From Catajapyx aquilonaris (taxonomy: Eukaryota), in assembly GCA_000934665.2 (NCBI GenBank), contig JYFJ02002621.1:1-64000 (forward strand): a stretch of DNA of 64,000 bases, in the 5' to 3' direction. Shown piece by piece: positions 40,946-50,700 of this stretch. A program made the translations under genes and the position numbers. The notes beneath the pieces are model-generated. The model was not told where the DNA came from and ran no database searches. It was given only the letters and a program-made list of their open reading frames with translations. Positions within the stretch are counted from its first letter, which is position 1, and each line of letters starts with the position of its first letter.

Positions 40946-43611
40946 AGTGCTGAGCCAAATAATATAAAATATAAAACTCGTCCTTGGGTATACCAACGTC
41001 ATCTGTACAATCCTACGACCACTGAAAAACAAGCTGAATATACTACTAAAAAATTAGTAAATAACCTTAAGTCATCAATTATTAATTATTATTTGTCCAA
41101 CAAAGGGGTTTTTAACTTTTAATTTGGACAAAAAATAAGAGTACTGAGTAATCTGTAACAACACTACTGTAACAACTACTACTACTGCAAGCGGACAATC
41201 ATCATCAACAGCATGAATACGGACTTCCTGCACTGGCCCATGAAGAAGTAGACACTGGTCAAATAAGTGCAACTGGGACTTCAGAAGGAACACAGCAATC
41301 AGCTGTCTCTTCCAGTGGGTCAACATAGATGTATAAAGTGTGGATTTTTCACTGCTAAGTATCAGACATTCGTAAAACATTAGCCAAATAAATGTTTTTT
41401 TTACAATTAACAAAATGATCTTTTGTGAATCTTTTGTGAATTGGTTACCAACCTGCTGGTATTTCTCTTATACTATAATATAGTGATGGCATTGCATGTG
41501 TGGTGGAGGGTGGGGATTAGGGGGTTAAGTTCCGCTGTTGACCAAGATTTTCAAATCTAAAACTAACCTAACCTTACTGAGGCCGGTGCAACTGGCCCTT
41601 AGGCGAAGTTCGACTTATAGAAGTTTTACCGTATTTGAATCACATGGTACGGTGTAGCTATTTGCTCATGTGCTGGATATTGGCATGTGATGTAGTGGGG
41701 AAGGTATGCCATTTGCAAAAATTGCGTCGTGGTCAGCAGAACACCATGCATTCGTCGTGAAGGATTTTTTTTTTTCCCTGCCCAAAAAGGCGAAGAAATA
41801 TCCTTAGGGACATCAGGACAAAGTCCTCAACCACCGGACGTTCATAAGGTGGATGAAGCAGTTCTGGGACACAGCTTCAAACCGGGACCAGAAAGCACTG
41901 GATGTCAAAGAACACAGAGGACCCCTCAACGGGTACAAGAGTTAGGCAATGCGCTATTCCGAAGTCCTCAGTGATCGGCCATTTGAAGCTCCGTTGAGGG
42001 GTCTGATGAGTCCTTTCATCCAGTGCTGTCTGATCACGGCTTGAAGCTGAGTCCCAGAACTGCTTCACCCACTTTATGAACGTCCGGTGGTCGGGGACTT
42101 TGTCCTGAGGTTCCAGCCCAAAAAGGCGAAGAAAGATACTTTGTACAGGTACAGAGGACTCATTATTTTTAAAATAATCCTCCACGACGAATGTATGGTG
42201 TTCTGCTGACCACGACCCAATTTTTGCAAATGGGAAATGGCATAACTTCCCCACTCTGGCACATGCCAATCTCCTGCTCATGTGCAAATAGCACCACCGT
42301 ACCACGCAATTCAAATACTGTTATTCACTTTGCCCAACCCTGGTACATATCATCAAGAGCTATATCAAGAACACTCATTTATAAAAACCACATGTCAGGT
42401 TGTACTTTTTGACCTTGAAGGATGTAATGTCAAACTTAATTTTGAGACAGGACACTCAACATTAATTATTAGATCAATTTAAGTGACTTTACAATCGAAT
42501 AGATTCACTAAAATCAAAATGGCACTTTTGAATCAACTGTATTTCAATAAAGCTAAAATACTTATTGCAGGGGTTGCAATGTTCAGATGCCAAAGTGCAA
42601 TTTGCACTCCAAAATATGTTATCTGCATTCCAAACTGAGCTTTGGACTGCAATGTTTGCATCCAGTTGGTCCTGCTTTTTACCATGACTAAGCCCAATAA
42701 TTAAAAATTAAGCACTCCAACTCCAAATGAAAATCTGGAGTGTGAACGTTGCACCTGGACAAAATATTTGAGATTCAACCCCTTTAATTGACCAAACTGT
42801 GATCCATAAGCTCAGACAGCGTGATCAATCGGACCTCGATGCATGGAAGAGTTATTGCTCCTACACCGAGGTACATGCCAGGGGCCAGCCTGAATCTTAT
42901 TTCAAGGGTGACCTCCCACTGCCACTACCTATTGCCCGCGTCATAATCAATATACGCAACCTGTCGTCCTCCTTCTATATTTACAAGGGAAAGTTTTGAA
43001 AATGGCTAAGGATGAAGTTTACAACTTGTGTAACACGGGGTTAAACCAGACTCTTCACCATATATTGTTGGAATGTCCTATTTTGGATTACCCCCATCTC
43101 AAAAAACTGCCAAAGGCCCCTCTGGTCTTTCAGTGCTGTACCTAAGGAACTTGCTTATCAGATTTTTCTTTTCTTCAAAACTGCTATGAACCTGCTTAAA
43201 ATGTACCAATACTGAGCGATTTTTTCCGGCCTGTAAATCGATGTCACGATGACGTTCCATGCATGTGTAGCAGGGCTAGACTGTATTACCTTTATTTTGC
43301 ACCAATTTGTAAATTGTATGTATACATGTATGGGAGTGGAGCTCCCCCGAATACCCTGTAAAGGGTGGCAATGGGTACTTACCAAACAAACAAACAAACA
43401 AAAAAAAAACTTTGATCCATCAGCTAAATCTTCATCCCATTGTTCTTTTTTTTATGTGAAATCATCTACATAAGACTGAAGTGTCTCATAACTATACAGC
43501 CTTTCCCAAAGCCTGCCAAATTGGAAGGCTGCATTTTTTGGGGTCCTTTTTGGAATGAAACTTTAATTCATAATAATAGTCACCATGATTTTCCTCCACA
43601 AACACCAAACA

Positions 43612-45276
43612 CTACTCTCCAAATATGATCAGACGCATCTTCTCACATGTTTCTTGCACTGCTTCCTGCGAAAATAAAAATTATGCTTTCAAGTAACATG
43701 ACTTCCACTTTTCATGCTGTATAGTAAAATTAAATGTCTTACCCCATTGCCATGCAGCTCCTCTTCCCTCAAACCACATTTGGCCTTTTCATATAAATGG
43801 TGGAAGAATTTGCCATTAAAATAGTGCCATGGTCCACCCTGAAATATTGCAAATGAGTATATTGATCATTCAAGAATCTGCCACACTTCGCTCTTGGGAA
43901 TGGTATAGGGGGTTCTAGGCGATTATTTTAAGTGTATAGGTAATCGTGGGTCTCCGAAGTATAGGCTAGTTACCAAGATAATTAGCATTAAATAAAGATT
44001 GCATTATATCAGCTTCCATATGTCGCGGATACAATCTACGACACTTTCATCGCATATAGGCCATTGCCTGATACACCTGATGGGATCGTAACTTAAAATT
44101 AAACTGCATGGTAATACTTCATAATTAAAATATGACAAATAATAAGTCCCATGGAGAGACGCATACCTGCCTGGATATTTTATACCATGCATGCATTTGA
44201 AGCCAATTATCTCACCAACTACTACGCTGTGGAAATAAGACGTACTGTGACGCGGCCGAAGTGTGCGACATGCAGCAGTTACACTCACTATACACAGTGC
44301 AAGCAATGAGTGAAGAAAAAATCATACGGATTGTCCTAGCTTTCTATATATAGGACACCTTGTCACTTCTGCTGTAATTAAAATTTTATTCTGAACTTTT
44401 TTTTTTCTATCTCAGTTTTCACCTTCTAATGCATGCCTTAAAATATAAATAAAATATCATCAGATCAACCTCAGGAACAAATGGGTTAATATCCATGTTC
44501 TGAAGAAGAAGAAAATGTCAATGGAAGTGCATTAAATATTTCTACCTTCCCATGATTTCGCAATTATTTCAGCCATCCTAGAAGTTACACATTAACCCAT
44601 CATCTTTATCTCTCACTGGCTCTGAAATTGAGAGTTTGGGTAAGAGGGATGACTGTTTAGGGTAAAAAGTTGCTGAATGTCACACTGCCGACAATGAGGA
44701 GGCTTGGCAAATAAATAAAATCTTTCCTTGGCCCTTCAACTTCTCCGCTAAAACAATAAGGGAATGTCCCAAGAACCTTTCCAAAAATGAGATGAGAAAT
44801 ATACATTCCAAGAGTTGCCAACTTTACCTGTTCCAGGGTAATGGGATGTCCGCATGTCCCAAGTAGATTCAGTAAGTTGAATACCCCTCGCATGAAGATG
44901 GATGATATGTGTACTATGCGAGGGTTAGGGAGTTTTGGAACTTGCAACATTGAATAATACTGCCATGTGGTTTCTGGGGCAAAATGACAAAATGCTGCTA
45001 CGCATAACAGTGCTTCCATTTCCCATTCCAACATGAATTTCTCACAATCCTGACAAAGGAACAATCAATAGTCATTTCTTAAAGGAATAAGACATTTCAA
45101 GCTTACCTGATGAAGGTAAAACAAAAGGGCCGTGGGGATGACCAGCTCAGGTGGAATTGCCTTCAGAGATTCTGGCTTCAGCCTTTCTGATATTGCGTGG
45201 CAAAAGAGTTTCCAACGAGCCTCTTGCATACCCTCTGACTTGTCATTCCATAGCTGCATTAAGCCAGGAGTTGAGC
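43612..45276 (-). CDS. FAM120 / constitutive coactivator of PPAR-gamma-like protein, C-terminal exons
   Basis: Exons 45276-45107, 45049-44828, 43838-43743, 43665-43612, in frame: PGLMQLW...RWKLF, WEMEALL, PNPRIVHISSIFMRGV...TCGHP, PWHYFNGKFFHHLY. This resembles the FAM120 C-terminal PRxVxLxxLFVRG/ACGxP/PWxxFDGKLFH motifs. Possible further exons at ~46200-46335 and ~46970-47130. Confidence 0.72.
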
Positions 45277-45552
45277 CTAAAGAAATAACATAAATATTGT
45301 GAATACTGCACACAAAAGTTCTTACATTTCAAACTATAAGTAGCAAATGAACAATTCCAAGGAAAGGTCAATGTGCAATATACAGAGTGTTCCTAGGAGG
45401 ACACTGCAAATTGGACAGGCCAGCAGGTAAATACTGTATAGGCCCTAATATTGCAGATGATGGGAAGTACTTGGAACACTTTGTGTACAAGGCAAGAAGA
45501 TCAAGTAGATTATTGTATCTTACTAATTATATTAATAACTTACATGCTACAC

Positions 45553-45774
45553 CAGTAGATCCCAACTTGTGGGTCGCGAAGCCTTTTCTCGGGGGTCGCT
45601 CGTGGCCGCGCTTATTTTTATAAATTAAAAAATAAATTAAATTAAAACATAAATCATATAAATTTTATAGGAAATTTCACCACGCAGGTTTTTTTCAACA
45701 CCTACTAACACTGGGGGTGGGGGGTGCGCGCAGGTTACAGGGGGTCACGACCTGAAAAAGGTTGGGAACCACTG
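45553..45774. mobile_element. hAT-like MITE
   Basis: TIRs cagtagatcccaac / gttgggaaccactg, gggtcgcg repeats, imperfect 8-bp TSD tgctacac/acctacac. Confidence 0.7.
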
Positions 45775-47718
45775 ACCTACACAATCCGAGAAGATTTTGT
45801 GGCATTATTAAGTCAAAATATCTTGGCTATTATATCAGACCCAGCCACAGTGTCCACTACCAAAATGAGAAAAATAATCTGGAATGAACTTCTGGCCCCT
45901 GTCAAAATAAAGGCCCTTTTGGCGGGCATTCCCTTGCTCCAGTGTCGACCATAATATATTACTTTATTACTGTAGAGTTCGTTCCCAAACAAGCCTGCTC
46001 AGACAACCAGCATAAAATCTACAGTATAGTAACAGTAAATTCAAAGATCAATTATACTACGATCGAACACAATGAGCGTCCTTGAAAACCGCCTTTAGGA
46101 GTGAAGTGTCGTCATGCATGAGGAAAAAAAAGGACATTGTCTACCCCATTGCTAACAGAATTTGCACCTGCCACCCTCCCCCACCCCCCATTCTAGCCAG
46201 CACTCGATAGCAAGAGTCGAGTGTAAAGGCCGCATTTGGTTTGGGGCTGACACGACAGGTGGTTCTCTTCGCCCCATCTTTGAGATAAACAACATTCCAG
46301 ATATCGTCTTTCTCGCCAACCATGACGCATTTCAGCTACATCGTTGCAGGTTAGTGGATGTGTATGTTGCGACGTGCAAGTTCCGAAAACTTACGTCTGG
46401 GAAAACGTTAGTGACACTTGATCACCTTTTGACATCTGGCCTTATAGCGCAAGGGGGATTATCTGGCTCTAATTTTTTTGTGTGTGTGTATTTTAATCTC
46501 CCGATAGTAGAGTATATAAACGGATGCGGTGGTTTCTTGGGTTCGTTCTGTAACGGGAGGACAGACGTTCGTGGGTTGTGTACGGAATTGTGCCAAAAAT
46601 GCATATGTTTCATGGAGTGGGTATGGCAGGGCTGATATGGAGTGCGATCGGTCCACGTGAGTTAAATCTAATCCTGTTCTGTACGATTACATGATAAGCC
46701 TGTCAATAGCAGGTCATTCTAAGGCAAGGAATTCTATAGGGATCCGTGCTTTGTGAAATATTCAAATCGTCCCGATTTGAATATTTCACAAAGCACGGAT
46801 CCCTAGAATTAAGTTCCGATTTGACCTAGGTCAGAACCAGCAGCTTGTGAATGCCACGTGTTTTGGATCAATTAATCCAAATCCTGTCATGATCACAAAA
46901 TTAGCCAATTTTATTGTTACATTTTTGCATGAACACCTAGGCGGGAAGCACAGGTAAGTTCACTGACACGGCCATATGCCGGTTCTGTAAGCTTCGCAAA
47001 CCGGAATTTACAAATGTCTCCCACATTGCCATGTTGGAGACAAGATAGTCCTTGAGAAACCAGTATCTGTGACATACGTGCTCTGACGCACGTACAAATG
47101 CTGGTATCATTGCGTATGGATGACGGAAATCTCCAGAAAATATATGTTCACACTTGGCATATGAGCAATATTGCAAAAGAGCGCTGTTTTAACTTTGTAC
47201 TAAATTCGTCGAAAAGTCGTGTCACTCTTATTCACAACCATGTAATACCGACTATACCGTACCAAGTTCGGTGCGAATATTTGAAGATGAGTTTACTTTG
47301 CACGCAAACCAGTGGTGACGGAATCGATCATTCTATTCCAGGGGTTACCAAACCTCGTTGGTAGCCACATATACACACCGCTTCTTAGAACCCTTCATTA
47401 CGTAAATGCGTCGTACTTTCTTCATTGCGCAAGACGAACAAATCGACTACGGTGTTTATTTGCCGGCCTTTTGAATATGGAGTTGGCGCGGGGTGCATCC
47501 GCGCATGTCACACACCCTCCTCCCAAAGTGGAAAAATCCTTTCAGGGTCAAACAAGCGAAGCACGACATGGCGTTTCCTTTCCTTGTGTTTCCCCAGCAC
47601 CCAGCTACGTCAAGTCCTACTTCAATAGGCCACAAAAACTGTTTTCGTGCCAGCTAGGCGGTGCCTGACTTTCTGACTAATCGATGAGAGTGGCAGCCAC
47701 ATGATACACGTCACAAGT

Positions 47719-50700
47719 ATGCATATCTTGAGTACCGGTAGATTGTTTATGTCGGAAGAAAACTGCATACATTCCCTAGCACTGTACAGTACCATCGTGT
47801 AGTATGCAGCCAGTATAAGCACAGGGTCAAATATGATGTATACTTTACAGCTGTTCGGTAGTGTTGTGTGTTCACAGCTGGCTGCAGGATTGCATCACAT
47901 ATATTGATTTGTTACAGGTTGCCTTCTGCTTCTCATGAGTACAGTGCAAAGTGACCAAAAATCAGCCATGGATGTCGCAGCCGGTAACAACAAGTTTGCG
48001 GTTGAGATGCTGCAGGTTTGTAATGCTGCATGTCATTTTAAACTAACATTGTACTGACTCAATTATGATGTTACAGATATTGCTGGATAGCAGCAAAGGT
48101 GAAAACCAAGTGTTCTCCCCATACAGCGTCAACACAGTGCTAGGAATGACTTACATTGGCGCAAGGGGTATGACAGAGAAGCAGATACAACAAGGGTTGC
48201 ACTATCCTCCAGACAGAGACGCTGTCCTTAGGGGTCATGAGGAGCTCCAGAAGACCTTGAACGTAGGATATGACAACCATTCTGTTCAAACATTATGATA
48301 AAATGTGAATGTGGTGGTTCACAGGGAGACCTTAATGTGACTCTGGAGACTGCCAACAAGTTGTACCTCGCAGAAGAATATGAACTGCTTCCCGATTACG
48401 AGCAGAAAGTCAAGGAGCATTTTGATGCAACTCCAGCACGACTTGACTTTAGCAAGAATGTGGAAGCTGCCAAAGTCATCAATGATGAGGTTGCTGAAAT
48501 TACTCATGACAAGATAAAGGACCTTATACCAGCTGGTAAAGTACATCACATTGCTTGCGGAGTAAATAACTTGGTGGTGTGGGCATAACATATTTGCCAT
48601 TTGTATGAACAAAGATCAAGGCTCAAATCTTCAATTTTGTCAGATCATGTATTGTCAATACCTACACATAATTGGAGATTTTCCATAATTTGCCTCTACA
48701 CAACTGGGCCTTAGTGTCTAGCTGATGCCCTGCTTTACAAATCATATAATTTACTCCTGAAATTACTGGAACAAATAAGTTGGACCCTAACCTTGTTTAT
48801 TGGATTGCAGATGCCCTAGATGATCGCACAAAGTTGGTGCTGGTCAATGGAATTTATTTCAAGGGTCTATGGGATCTCCCATTCAAGAAGTCACTAACAA
48901 CACCCCAAGATTTCTACATTAACACTGTGGACCCTCCAGTCAAGACACAAATGATGGCCCAGGAGGCTAAGTTTTTCTATGCTGAAATTGATGAGATTGA
49001 TGCTCAAGTGCTCTTCATGCAATACCAAGTAAGTTTTCACTCTAGGTCGGGCTGTCCATAAAGTGTGTTACATTGGTAGTTGATAACAGCATTATCTTTC
49101 AACTTCTTCAGGGTGTTAACATTATCTTACACACATAAAAGGCCAAGTTTGTTGGTATGTCCCATTGCCCTCCCCCACTACCAGCCCCCGGACACTCATA
49201 CTACCTTCTGATGTTATCACCTGCCGTGGAGTTTTGAAGAAGGTGCTCACTTGAGAGCGCCATGAGACATTTCAGTCTCTGGATAAGTGGCGACCCTGCC
49301 GGACTAGGCTGAACTTTAGAGATACAAAAGGGAAGCGCTACATGCGGGCCCAAAATGGCCACCGGCGCCCATGTTGGGTCCCCCAATGTAGCGCTTCCCT
49401 TTTGTACCTATAAAATTCAGCCTAGTCCGGTAGGGTCGCCACTCCCGGAGACTGAAATGTCTCATGGCGCTCTCAGGTGAGCACCCGCTGCAAAACGCCC
49501 CGGCAGGGGGTAGGTGGGAGTGTCCAGACCTTACACCTTACTTATATGACCATGCCCACTACTGCCCCCTCCCCACCACCACCCACTCCCCTCTACCTCC
49601 ATGGTTACCATAGCACGGGTTCATGGTGCCAATTTTAATGCAGCCCAGTCGAATTGAAATCAGCTGATGTCATGATATGGTGTTTTGTGTGGTACACTTA
49701 GGCTGCCTGCATCTTTCACAGTAAAAACCACCATTATCAATTGCTTACAAGCACCACAAAAAAACTCACAAAAAACTGTTGTCACTGTAGCAACATTACC
49801 CAGGTCACTTAACATACAACCTTCTACAACCCAACATACTTGTTCCCCCTTTTCTCTGCAACAGAGCAGATGCCTATTCTGATTTACTATTACGAGTATT
49901 ACTATTTGCAAAACTTAATTCAGGATCCAGAAAAATGCACAAGATTTTGATTATGGTGTAATATATTACTCTGTTTATAAGATTGTGCTTGTACTAAAAT
50001 TTGAAGAACAAGAAAAACAAATGTCTATCTATCTCATCATCTCATCTCTATCAAATATCTAGTACACTTCAAATTCCAAAAAAGTAGTTTCCAATCTTAT
50101 TGCTTCTGATTCAGATGGACAAGGCTTAAAAAGTGCCAGAAATCATAGCGACCCCTTCATTAGGCTTCCCCCTGCTTTAAACTTTTGTAACAATACATGA
50201 TGATGATAATTTGGGTAGTGCAGACTTCCTTGAAGGTATTGCATGGACCTTTGTTTTGTGCTCACAGTCTGTTGGTTTCGTCGCAACGAAGGTGAAGGGG
50301 GCAGGATTTGATCCCCTGGACCTACCACGTGTCTGACCAGTAGAATAACCACTAGACCACTGTGCCCTCTGTATCAATAAATATTTAACCTAGATAACTC
50401 AATATTTATTTGTGTTTCAGGGAAAGAAGGTGGAAATGGTATTCATTCTGCCTCGTGCCAAGGATGGCCTGACCGACACCCTGAAGAAGTTGAAAGAGAG
50501 TTACTCTTGGGAGCAAGTGGTCAAGGCAGTTTCCAAGGTTAAGGTTAGAGTAGTCCTTCCCAGCTTCAAGATTGAAGCATCAATGAAGCTTAGGGAGTCT
50601 TTGGAACAGGTGAATATACATATAGAGCATAATTACATTACTCGTAATTTTTAAAGCAATGATGTTACTAAACTTGAACCTTATTTAGCTGGGAATGGTG

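Larger units (their letters stand above)
33113..41430 (+). mobile_element. decayed EnSpm/CACTA(CMC)-like DNA transposon carrying a transposase and a CIDE-N/SAMD3-like gene
   Basis: GGTAC/GTACC subterminal repeats at 33113-33325 plus the coding content listed below. True TIRs were not found, so boundaries are approximate. Confidence 0.7.
32563..41631. mobile_element. pogo/Tigger-like MITE interrupted by a ~8.5-kb insertion
   Basis: TIRs CAGTAAAACTTCTATAAGTCGAA (32563-32585) and TTCGACTTATAGAAGTTTTACCG (41609-41631) match at 22/23. Both are flanked by TA; internal tcgagtta repeats. Confidence 0.85.
32531..42342. mobile_element. Tc1/mariner-derived foldback element, left arm split by nested insertions
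   Basis: Left terminus gggttgggcaaaatgattaacagta (32532) continues at 41634 (tttgaatcacatggtacgg...) and is the reverse complement of ~42060-42342. The arms encode a mariner-type N-terminal HTH remnant (WSAEHHTFVVEDYFKNNES...KVPDHRTFIKWVKQF). Confidence 0.8.
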
